A DNA stretch of 60,651 nucleotides, counting the filler, from Jimgerdemannia flammicorona (Eukaryota), in assembly GCA_003990765.1 (NCBI GenBank). It is 3 parts of 3 records of this genome, joined end to end, with 100 filler letters (N's around TTAATTAATTAA, not from the genome) between each part and the next. Parts side by side here need not be neighbours in the genome. Positions count along the whole stretch, not along the records: positions 20,254 to 40,404 come from RBNJ01001748.1; positions 40,505 to 60,651 come from RBNJ01001749.1; 1 more part is not named here. One strand, 5' to 3'. The notes under the pieces were generated by a model, which worked only from the letters and a program-made list of their open reading frames with translations, had not been told where the DNA came from and made no database searches. The position numbers and the translations under genes are program-made. Below, one piece after another: positions 35,506 through 46,000 of the stretch; within the stretch, counting starts at the first letter, position 1; each line of letters starts with the position of its first letter.

Positions 35506-35874
35506 GTACACTGAGAATGTAAGGTGTTCGAGGAAAAGGGATGTGAAGTTCTGTGCGATGTTGGCAGATTTGTGCGTGAGCACCCATTATTCCAAAGCAT
35601 CGTTGTAGATAATATTATGACAATAGAAGACATTTTTGTTCGGACCATATTTGGGGACACGATGACGAATCTATTCGTTCGTTTGCCTTCTCAGCAATCT
35701 GCATTCCCGATAAATACAATTCCACTATTGGTAGTCTATCATGTATTCAAGTATCAATCCTGAATGCGTCAAGCAGTGATTTAATGACAGCAGACAGAGT
35801 CCATGCTGTCCAAAATCGGCATGATTCCGAAGACACTTCCCTGACACCGATTTAGCCCACCACTCACCCTTTCG

Positions 35875-36286
35875 CTACTTTTCCTGTTCCAAAACCCTCC
35901 TCCTCTCCGCCATCTTCTGGTCGTGCTTCCGCGAGTAATAGAACGATCCGGAGACAGCCGCCAGGAGGGTGAAGCCCTGCGCCGCGACGCGCAAGCGCAG
36001 CATCTTATTTGCGTAGACGCGGTCCCCCGTACGGAATCCGATAGTGGCGGCAGCGAGGGCAAAGCACGTGAGCCCGATGCCTGCGCAGAACGATGAAGAA
36101 GGAGGAGGGTGAGTGTGCGAACGAGGAAGGAGCCCGTCGAAGAGGGACGGCTGGCTCACCGGCAGACACGAACGGTTCCTCCTTTGCCTTGCGCATGAGT
36201 CGATTCCATCCGCTCTCGTATTCTATCAGCTTGTAACGCTCGTACTCCTCGTCCATGGATAGTTCTTTGGGCTTCTCGGACGACAT
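35875..36286 (-). CDS. RCF1: HIG1-domain mitochondrial respiratory supercomplex factor (Rcf1/HIGD2-like); exons 36286-36160, 36080-35875
   Basis: RKAKEEPFVSAG...ANKMLRLRVAAQGFT is the HIG1 signature, with two TM helices. Confidence 0.85.
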
Positions 36287-36426
36287 GGTTGTGGTGATCG
36301 AGCGATTGTTGGAATTGGAAACATTGGCCGAATTTGTCGCACGTGACGTCTTACTCGGTTTTGGGTTTTTTTCATTTTCAGCGCGTTCAATAAGTATAGC
36401 ACTAAAGGAGTATATAATGCGAAAAA

Positions 36427-36457
<31 letters not shown>

Positions 36458-37447
36458 GGAAATACCAAGCAATATATTTAGATAGACTCAAACCTGCTCG
36501 CCAGCCTTCACCGTACCAGTTCATCGGGCTCAAGGCTTACGCCTGTCGCCAATGTTGCTCGCGTTTAGGAAACGAAGGTCGCTGATTACGGATACGACGA
36601 CGTGTCGCATCCGCAAAGATGTCGTCAGCCGCATACGCAACCAGAATCATGCAACAAGTCCTCGTCGCAGCAAATGTGCATCTTGTCGGCGACGCGTCCT
36701 GTGCCGTTCTCACTGTAGTGAAAGATAAGCGGGTTCTTGGTCGGTAGAGCTCCCGCTAGTGAATGGACGGAGACGAAGGGATCGTGCGGCCTCCCTCAAA
36801 CATAGTAAATGCTATGCCCGGTTTCGCGCAGAAGGATGTGTGTAATTGGCGGTGGCAATCTTGATGTATCTCAGGGCTCTTGAAGATTCGAAAGCTGGTC
36901 CCGTTACTTTTAGTATATCAGCTGGAAAAAATAGAGTGATTCTCAAAGAAATGTGATGGCGTTTGAAGGGTCAATGTATGCGTCCAACTCATCGTGACGC
37001 AAGCCTCCGCTTGAGTGGTGTCATCAACCGAAGTATTTATCGAGCCAGCATTTTGTCGATATTGGATGATCGGCGCATTCGGCAATTGCTTCCAGTAATG
37101 ACAGACAAACAATGTAATGATGGCTTCAACCAATGATCACGACCGATCTAGTTCCATTTTTAATGGCGTGACCCATTTGGACACGTGAAAAATGGATCCC
37201 GTTGTCAACTACATGTTTTTCTTATCGCAAAACACAACTGAAAAAAACCCCTAATGGCATCAACCCGTATAAACGTAAAAAGGGAACCAACGACATCAGA
37301 CGCGATCTAGACACAAAACATCACTCTGATTCCCCGACATATTGTTTGTGGTGCAAAACTATACTGAGTTACAGCACGGTATCGAGAAGGTTCAGTAGTG
37401 AGTTTCATGGTGATGAGGATGGATACTGCGCCAAGCAATTGCGCGAT

Positions 37448-37988
37448 TCACTTCTTGCCGGATTTCTTGATGCCACCGCCGACTGGGTTGGTGGGATGAA
37501 GGGGTGTAGATGAGAAACATGCAAATGAGGAACAAGTTCCCAATTCAAGATTGGGTATTGGACGGATACTACATGGTAATGAATGCTATTCCGGGTTCGG
37601 GATATAAATATATACGTACGCAAAGGACCGCCCTTGGCAGCCTTTTCTTGCATCTCCTTCAGTTTAGCTTTGTCTTCTTTTTGTCTCTGCTTGAAGGCGG
37701 CGTCTTCCTATTGTGTATATGGGTATCGCCGTGAGAAAATGTTAGATTTAAGGGTATGTATGTAACACAGACCTGGTTGTAATCGGCATAACAGATAGAA
37801 GGCACATACCTCATCTTCTTCGACGACCTTCTTCTTGGGTGCCTTAAGGGGCTTCGCCTTACCACCTGAATGACACGGATGGGGGGTCGGCGGTAAGATA
37901 TTTGGAGGGAAATGAACAAGCGACGGGGAAGACGACAAGCGCTACGAGTTCATTGAGCTGTTTAAGCTATACCTTGACGACCAGACAT
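37448..37988 (-). CDS. TMA7: Translation machinery-associated protein 7; exons 37988-37973, 37865-37810, 37707-37620, 37482-37448
   Basis: Spliced product MSGRQGGKAKPLKAPKK...GPLLGGGIKKSGKK matches the family consensus. Confidence 0.95.
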
Positions 37989-38173
37989 GTTGGAGCGGAC
38001 AGAGGGGGAAGAAGAAAAAAAAAAAGAAGGAAGTGGGGAAAGCGGCGTCAGGAGTGATTTGTTGATGGACAAAGCACAGATCACGTGGTTAGGATGCGCA
38101 GTCGGCGCTGATGTCATCGGCTTGACGTCCCGTTTTTTGGCCCTCTGCTCTTGAGCCCTCGAGCCCTCGTGCC
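37989..38173. promoter_or_regulatory. 185-bp divergent promoter between TMA7 and the DUF1992 gene, with central CACGTG (38082-38087)
   Basis: Head-to-head ATGs. The E-box is nearly equidistant from both. Confidence 0.6.
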
Positions 38174-39250
38174 ATGAGCAACTTGCTCACCAATATATCC
38201 ATCCCCACAAGGAGAATAGCCCTGCCATCACGCGGGCTTTCCTTCTCATCCATGCTCCGCACCTCCAATCAGGACTCTCCCCCCCCCTCGCGCACCCGCC
38301 TTGTCTTCCCAACCGATACCCCCGAGGAAACCCAACGCTCCCGAGCAACCCCCACCGCGAATGACCCACCCTGGACGGGCGAAGAACGCGTGCAAGATAC
38401 CATCCTCCGTATGCTTGTCGACAAGTACAACAAGCCCCTTCGCGTTGAGGGCGCCGCTCGTCAAGCGATCCCCAGACCGACCCCGCTCCACCCCGTCGAC
38501 TTAAATTTTCATGCTAACACAACACCCGACGATTCCGCTGAAATCAGCAGCGCCAAAAAGGCCCGCGAGCGCGAGGCCCGCGTCCGCAGTCGTTTACAGA
38601 ACCGCCTCTCGAGCGCGCGGGACAGGGCGTTCGATTATCGCTCAGGTGTGGTCGCGGGTGGCGATAGTGGGCGTGACGTGGCGGGGGTAGAGGTTGCGGA
38701 ATTGGAGGTGGAGAACGACTCGACGCGGCCGACGATGACGAAGGACACACTCCCGAATTTTACGCCGATGGATTTGCGTCGACCAGTGGATATACAGATT
38801 GAGGCTGCTCGTGCGCGGGGGGACTTTGACAACTTGCCCGGGCGCGGCAAGCCGTTGCCTGTGGACGCACAAATAAATAACCCATTTATAGACACGACTG
38901 AGTACCTAATGAATCGGCTCGTGCAGCGGCAGGGTGCCGCGCCGGCGTGGGTCGAAATGCAAAACGAGGTCGATCGGGAAGTTAACGCGTTCCGGAAGGA
39001 GCTGAGCACTGGGTGGCGGAAGCTGGTTAATGGGGAGGGGGAGGGAGATGGAAAGGTGGGGAGGAGGGCGAGAGAGGACTGGAAAGAGGGACAGAAGGCG
39101 TATGTGAATGCGGCGGTGAGGATGCTGAATGGCAAGATTAGGAGTTATAATGTCTTTTGTCCATCTGTGGTTCAGAAGCCGTATTTGTCGGTGGAGGAGG
39201 AGTTGAGTAGGGTTTGCGAGGTGCGCGAGAAGGACAAACATGCACTCTAG
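38174..39250 (+). CDS. DUF1992 (DNAJC28 conserved domain) protein, probably mitochondrial, single exon
   Basis: IEAARARGDFDNLPGRGKPL, EYLMNRLVQRQGAAPAWVE and GEERVQDTILRMLVDKY motifs. Arg/Ser-rich presequence-like N-terminus. Confidence 0.88.
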   Translation: MSNLLTNISIPTRRIALPSRGLSFSSMLRTSNQDSPPPSRTRLVFPTDTPEETQRSRATPTANDPPWTGEERVQDTILRMLVDKYNKPLRVEGAARQAIPRPTPLHPVDLNFHANTTPDDSAEISSAKKAREREARVRSRLQNRLSSARDRAFDYRSGVVAGGDSGRDVAGVEVAELEVENDSTRPTMTKDTLPNFTPMDLRRPVDIQIEAARARGDFDNLPGRGKPLPVDAQINNPFIDTTEYLMNRLVQRQGAAPAWVEMQNEVDREVNAFRKELSTGWRKLVNGEGEGDGKVGRRAREDWKEGQKAYVNAAVRMLNGKIRSYNVFCPSVVQKPYLSVEEELSRVCEVREKDKHAL

Positions 39251-40404
39251 GGATTTGCAGAGTTGCTCTCGGTATTGTCTCGTTGGGAAAACTAGCTTGT
39301 CAGTGATTTGATAATAAGCACAACAACAATCCTTTCGAAATGGACTTTTATTGTCCTTCAGTGTTCGAGCTACACATCTTTCCCTAAACTGCATGTGTCT
39401 TATGTGTTTATGAAAGTTGGAACAATACCACCTTTGCATGTGCATTGTACATGTACATCTCGACGGCATGTTGGCTCTCGACATGTCCCATGAAGAAACA
39501 GGCTGCCATTGCAAAAGGACAGATCGGCATCATTGTTGGTATGTACTGTGGCGGTTGATATTTGAGTGCAGAAGCATTTCAGTAAGATGGTGCCATTATT
39601 GCTTTTTCGGATCCTGTTTTAGCAATACTTTGTTTATATATATATATATATATTATTCAAATACTTGATCTGGCTAAAGTGCTGTTTATTCGTCAATCAA
39701 AATAATGGATATCAAAGACTGGGATAGAATATAATACGTTTTTACATCAGAATTGTTTATAAGCTCAAGCTAGAATAGGTTTGGTATTGCATGTAAAAAT
39801 CTCTCTGAATCTTATTACTATTATTTTATATTGTCTTTTTCTTCTCTCTTTTTAACTATTTTTAAATTAAAAGATTATAATTATATTACTTATATTTGCT
39901 ATTATAAATAAATCCTCGTCACTTGCATTAGTGACAAATAATAATTTTATTTTTCAGTATATCACATAGATGTACAAAAGATCACATGTACATTGATCAT
40001 TAGAAATCATCAGCAATTATTAGCCAGGAACCCTTGTGCAGTAAGAAAGCGAGAAGGGAATGGATGATCCGGCTGAAAATATATTGAGCAAAAAGGTCAG
40101 TTTGGTTGATTGTGGAATAAAAGCAAGAAAAATAAGGAATAAGGGTATATGCAAATCCACTCCATCAGGCTGACTTTGTACGTATTTGTTTGGAATTATG
40201 AATGGGTGTTTTTTGTGGATAATAACAACGTGCAGATTTTTGTGGGAGGAGACAAAAGAAAACAAGAATGTTGTGGAGCAAACGTGACGCCCCCACCAGC
40301 AAATAACTGTACAGAATTCTGGTGCACACCGGGCAATCGATCACAAAGGCAAAAGATGAAGCGGAAGGAGGGAAAACGAAAACGAAGACGAAGACAGAGA
40401 CACC

Positions 40405-40504
40405 NNNNNNNNNNNNNNNNNNNNNNNNNNNNNNNNNNNNNNNNNNNNTTAATTAATTAANNNNNNNNNNNNNNNNNNNNNNNNNNNNNNNNNNNNNNNN
40501 NNNN
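40405..40504. other. Artificial contig linker N44-TTAATTAATTAA-N44
   Basis: Identical to 20154-20253. Confidence 0.98.
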
Positions 40505-41555
40505 TATAAATTTTAAATACTTTTATTTTTAAGTATTTCTAGATATCTCCAGTAGAGATATATCTCTAGAGTAAAAATAGCATAAGTCTCAAATATTATT
40601 GATAGCTAAAATATAGAAAAGTAGTCAGATAAGGATATGCTAAAATTGATATATAAAATAATAAGTAATATATAACTGAAAATATATTGAGAAAGAACTT
40701 ATCAGTCAACTGCTTTATTTATAAACCTTACTGAGAAATACCATTTTGCTTATCTTCAATAATTTGATATTTTAGAAATAATATAGATCTGATTTTATAA
40801 TAGTAATATACTAACTTTTTATATTGAAACTAGTATATATATATCTGAAATCAATACTAACTAATTTGTCTCTAATATAGAAAAATCAATTAATATATAA
40901 TAATTCTACCTAAATGTCAAAGTTTGAACTATATTTATAACTATATATCTAAATGGTAATTTTAGTATTATTTTTAGTTTTAGTATAACTATATTATATA
41001 GCTATCTAATTTATTATTATATAAGATATAAAATGATTATCTGATCAGCTATAATAATAGCAAAATCACTACTACTATATCTAAGTATCACTTTATCAAA
41101 ATCCAAAACATAAGTATATTTAATAGATATATTTATCTCTATTTTAATTATAATTTTCAATATTATTTCTCTTAGACTTTTAAGTATACTTCTATAGTTA
41201 TTGATTAGACTCTTGTTGATTTATAGTATTATATACTCTTTTTAAGGATATCTCTTATCTATTGAGTCTGTATTCTAATAGTAAGTAGTTCTCTTTCTCT
41301 ATATAAATATAGTCTTTTTTTTAGACAATCACTTATCTTACTCTTAATGAGATTATAGATTACTAAAACTCTAGTTAATACTAATATATTAATATATAAA
41401 GATATATTACTAGATATATATAGTAAAGCATAAATTTACTAGAGAAATTTTTTCAAAATTATTATAAACTCATTATATATACTAGTATCAGTTAAGATTC
41501 TATAGATAATTTTTATATACCGATAATTCATTCAGAGGTAGTAGATTTGTAATAC
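40505..41555. repeat. AT-rich, TpA-rich, CpG-free decayed repeat of unassignable family
   Basis: Composition only. No ORF of 60 aa or more. Confidence 0.45.
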
Positions 41556-41556
41556 T

Positions 41557-41762
41557 ATTTTTTTATTTTATTTTATTTTTATTTTTATTTTTATAGTTAC
41601 TTAGATTGCTATATTTATTATTAAGTCAATCTAACCTATATATAATACAAAGCCTCAGCCCTATCAATCTCTCTAAGGGGATTCTCCCTCACTCTCTTAT
41701 AATTAAAGATCACTATCTTATTAACCACTATTACTCTCTTACTACTTTTCTACAAATCTACT
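41557..41762 (-). mobile_element. 3' end (poly(A)-like tail) of a decayed LINE that hosts the LTR elements
   Basis: T-rich tail 41557-41592, reverse AATAAA, and a degenerate ORF2 end. Resumes at 49366. Confidence 0.75.
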
Positions 41763-44467
41763 TGTAAGAGGGTTACTTATTAGGGTAACTGTTACATAGT
41801 TCTGCACACACTCCTTTCTCCACTACCTTACTGGTCATAAGGTTTGGTAGGTGACCTTCCAAGTCCCCTTTCCCCTATTATTACCCCTCTACCTTGGGTT
41901 GGTTTGCTGTGCCTATAGGGGCATGGTGGGAGGAGGGCAATGGTGATGAGTTGCCCCTTTATCGGTGTCGGATCAGTGCTTTCTCTACTTTTTCACAGAT
42001 TCTGGTACCTTTGGCTATATCTGGGGTATACCTGTTTTGGTGCAGTGCCTTCTTCCTTTTGCTGTTGCCAACAAGGTATTGTCTCAGTGTGTCTCGGGCT
42101 ATGTAGGGAGTCGGCCAACCTTGGGCATCAAGTGCTCAGTGTAGATTACCTGCAGATCCTCGGTACCTGTGGTGGGGCCCTCTGGCTTTGGCGAGCTTCC
42201 CGGCGAGCACAGTTCTGACATAGGTGACTGCTTTTCAGGTGTTATCAGAATGAGAGGGGAGATGGCCATCACAGATAGGAGGAAGGGCAATAATGGTGAT
42301 CCAGTAAGATACCAGGCTGGGGGCAGTCATTGGGGCTAGGGCAGGTGCTGCTTTGGTGGGGCCTTTTGATTGGTACGGCATGGTTAGGTGGTAGGTATCA
42401 CTATCAGCTTCTTTTGGCAGTTAGCGGGGTTGGGCCCCAGTCGTCAGAGGGGATCAGGAGGCCCGAGGCTACCCATTTCAGACATCTTGGCTACACTCAA
42501 CAGGAACCAGGAGCTGACATGGCAATGTGATCGAGGCCTGCAGGCTTGAGTAGTGGAGTATTGGGGGTTTCCTCCTGTCTCACGTGTAAGTCCTTTACTC
42601 ACCTCGACTGGGAGAACCAGGCCCTACCCATTGTGTTGTGCTTTGATGAGGGTTTTTTCTTTGCCTGTCATTCTCTTTGAGGTGGCAGGGGCTATTCTAT
42701 TTGGCTTGGACATAGCCTTGTATATACATTGGGTTCTCAGGCATGCACTTTCAGTCATTGGCATATAGTTGGATTTCTCCTGGTAGTAGGGAGAGCATGG
42801 TGCGCAGAATGAGGTGTGAGCCTATCAGCCCTGCTGCACCTGGTATGGTCGAGCTGCTGAACAATAGCTAGCCTAGGTTAATGGGGGGGCAGTGCTTAGT
42901 GGGTGGTGGGGGAGGGTTTTGGCCTATATAGTCTAGGTTCCCTTCCAATAAAAATCCGCAGGACATGAGTCCGTTAAAAAAAAAAAAAAAAAAAAAGTTA
43001 CATAGTTCTGAAAAGGTTTTCTAGAAGTTCTGAATATTCTGGAAGACTGTTTTCTTTAAGGTTAAGATCAATTTCATATGGAGTATATTCTCTATACTTA
43101 TCGATTTTAAGATTGAGTTAATATTTCAACCAAGTCCTTTTTCAGACATTCAGGATTTTCTATATTTCAGGAAGTTTAAGAAACTAAGACCAGCTTAGTT
43201 GAATTGGTATATTGCTGCAGACAATACTTAATTAGAAAATTTCATAATATAGTTAGGAGTGAGATCTAACAGAGAGTAGATTTACTTAAAAATAGTTTAT
43301 GAGTTATTAAATAGATTTATTTACTATTCATGATATTGCTATACTAGGAGTAGTTGTGTAAAGAGATATTGTAGAGAAGTGTTCAGAATTGTTCTTATCT
43401 ATTCAAGTCTATTTTAGTCTGAGATTCTGAGGTTTGAGGAAGGGGGTATTTATACTAATAAGAGGCTATCTAGACTAGGCTAAATATGGATATAGTACTT
43501 AGTGCCTTGCTGAGTTAGAATGTAATCATATAGTATAAGAGTGAAGTGATATATCAAGAGATTGTCTGACTGCTGAGTCAGTTTACAGTTATATTATACA
43601 AGACTAATCTAACTATACTAATGACTGCTAAGCTATCTATAGATTTAGACTCTATCTGAGTAGTCTTTAATGATATCACTATTGATAACATTATCTCTGG
43701 TAAGGTCTGAGCAGTTTTCTGACTTCTGATATCATCAGTTTTAAAGATATTGTCATCTCTGTCTCTTGCAAAATTAAAGCTGTCCTCAGTGGTGGTAGTT
43801 GTACAAGAATAACAGGTCTTAGTTCTCTTTTTTTTTTTTTTTTTGAACTGTTAGTATATTTGTGAGGACTGACCATCTTTATCTAGGACAAGGGCTCTTA
43901 TTGTCATGGCTGGGGGTTCAAACCTCTCAGAAATGATATTTTCTGTAATCTGAGACAATTTCTAGTAGTAATATCTATTATATGGATAGACTTGAGATTA
44001 GTTTCAATAATGTCAGCTTTCTTGAGTTCAGATGAAGTATCTGTTATTCTCCAATAGAGGTGATACAGATAGAGTGAACAGAGTTATTCAAATGCATTTT
44101 GCTTCTACTAAGTAATGAGGTCTTGTATAGTTATAGTATATCTTAGTCTTGAGTTGATAAGTGTGGTTCATGAACCTTTGATAGATGAGATAGAATTCTT
44201 CTCATTTTAGTTTAAGTTTGGTACTTCAGTTTCCTTTTGTAATAGTACAGTATACTAAGACTAGTTGTCTTAATGAGTAGAGATTCAGGGTCAGTCTTTA
44301 GTTGTAATACTTCTTCTGATATTTTTGTATTTTAGTAGTAAGTCTTCATGCTTACTGGCATATTTTATATAATAGGTAATCTCTTATATTATAATCTTAT
44401 ATATGATTTCAAAATTGGTTCTGAGGGTAATATATAATTTTGGTGGCTTGGAGGTTATATACTTATA
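41763..44467 (-). repeat. 3' LTR (~1.5 kb net, interrupted by the 1.19-kb retroposon)
   Basis: Colinear with 47854-49365 after removing 41805-43010. Confidence 0.92.
41805..42996 (+). mobile_element. Non-autonomous ~1.19-kb poly(A) retroposon (SINE-like element X), copy 1
   Basis: Perfect 14-bp TSD GTTACATAGTTCTG (41791-41804, 42997-43010), A-tail 42976-42996, absent from the sister LTR. End-to-end match to 53697-54877. Confidence 0.92.
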
Positions 44468-44630
44468 ACTCTCCCCTTCTTAGCTTTCAATATTCTTATT
44501 GAGGTCTTCTAATTTGATCTAGTGTTGTTATATCATTTGGATGATTTTTGTAGCTGTGTTTATTGAGGATTTATTTAACTTTATATTTTTCTTGGTCATT
44601 AATAATGACAGATGCAGATGGTTTTGCAGT

Positions 44631-45161
44631 TTAGTTCAGAAATATGTCTTGAACTTTCTGGGGTAATGATCTGACATAGTTGTCAACTTTGGAAAAATCT
44701 TCTTTGAGATTTTCATATTCTCCTTTAGATAAGTAGATAGAGATAGCAAAGAGAGAACATTTTTTGACCAATTTCTTAAGTTGTAATTTGTTGATGTGAG
44801 TGATCTTTGATTCAGAGTTACTAAAGCTGAGTGAATCTTTTTTGCCTTGTAGTTTGAAATTGTAGTATTCCTTCTTGATAGTTAAAGAATAGTTTACCCA
44901 ATTGATTATAAGGTTCTCTTGTTTTAACCATGAGGTTCCAAGGATGATTTCATTATCAGGAAGTAATATAATCTGGAGTATAACATATACTTGGTAGTCA
45001 CTAATTTGGAAGTGTAGATTGTAGACTTCCTTGCTAATGATATGTGAGGTTCTATCAGCTATAACAACTGCTTGAGTCTGTTGTACTGGATAGGTCAGGA
45101 CCTTGAGTCTGTTGGCTGTTTCTTTATTGATAAAGTTGTCTGAGGCACCACTGTCTATCAT
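44631..45161 (-). pseudogene. Retropepsin-type aspartic protease of the LTR element
   Basis: IDSGASDNFI and IILGTSWLKQENLIINW motifs. Confidence 0.88.
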
Positions 45162-45899
45162 AATCTTAACAAGTGCTCAGTTGACAAAAGCTTGAAATAT
45201 AAGCAGTTTGTCTGATCCAATGCTAGTGATTTTGGTTGTAGGAGTTTTCCTTCTGTTAGTTCTCCTCTAAGCTAGTTCATTGACACAAGAGAAGCAATTG
45301 TTAATCATTCAGAAAGAGTACATTCTAACACCATAGGGGTATTGGCCACTTGGTACAAATCTATCTTCAATTTTCTTATAGAATTATTCTTCTTTGTTTA
45401 TAGTAGATTGAGCTGAGGTCTTGTTTGATGAACCAAATTCTTTGGATCCTTGGATGGTGGGCAGTAGTTCAGAGACTTCTTTGACTATCAGGATTGATTC
45501 AATTTTCTTGAATAGGATCTGGATAATACAGAAACCAATGGAGATCTTGAAGGATATCCAACTATGGTTTCAGATGAGGACAATGATTTCATCTGTAGTC
45601 TTCATCAATAACTCCTCCTTCTACTGAAAGTCCTTTCAATACTAGGCTGCTGTGATAGTATATTCTTCCAATATATCCTTTAGAAATTTGAATACTGATT
45701 CCTATATAGACTTACTTGACTTCTCAGTTGGAAACTATAGCTTCTTCAGCTACATACAGATCATATCCAGCTGCTTTTTGACTTTCTTTAGTTGGGGCCT
45801 TGGCAGTTGGTCTTAACTTGACAAAGTCCAATATCTTGGTGGTCAGATTGTTGAGGTGATACAGAGTAGTAACAGTTGCTCATATTGCTGTTCAGGTTT

Positions 45900-46000
45900 T
45901 TTAGTTGGGGCAGGTACTGACCATGTATCCTGTCTTTCAGCAGTAGAAGTATACTCCACTTCTTTGAAGTTTATTTCTTTCTCCTTTGGTGAGTTTCTTG
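45900..46000 (-). pseudogene. Mutated Gag CCHC zinc knuckle
   Basis: Reads KLTKGERNKLQRSGVYFYC*KTGYMVSTCP. Reverting three transitions gives CFYCRKTGHMVSTCP. Confidence 0.8.

Noticed and set aside
41830..41870. tRNA-derived A/B boxes at the head of element X (tggtca.aagg..., ttccgagtccc)
   Set aside because: Matches are partial, spacing is too short and no cloverleaf is visible. It cannot be supported without a consensus.
42955..42975. Hammerhead ribozyme suggested by ...atgagtccg
   Set aside because: It lacks the CTGATGA and GAAA core in the right arrangement and is explained by the terminal GGAC/GTCC hairpin.
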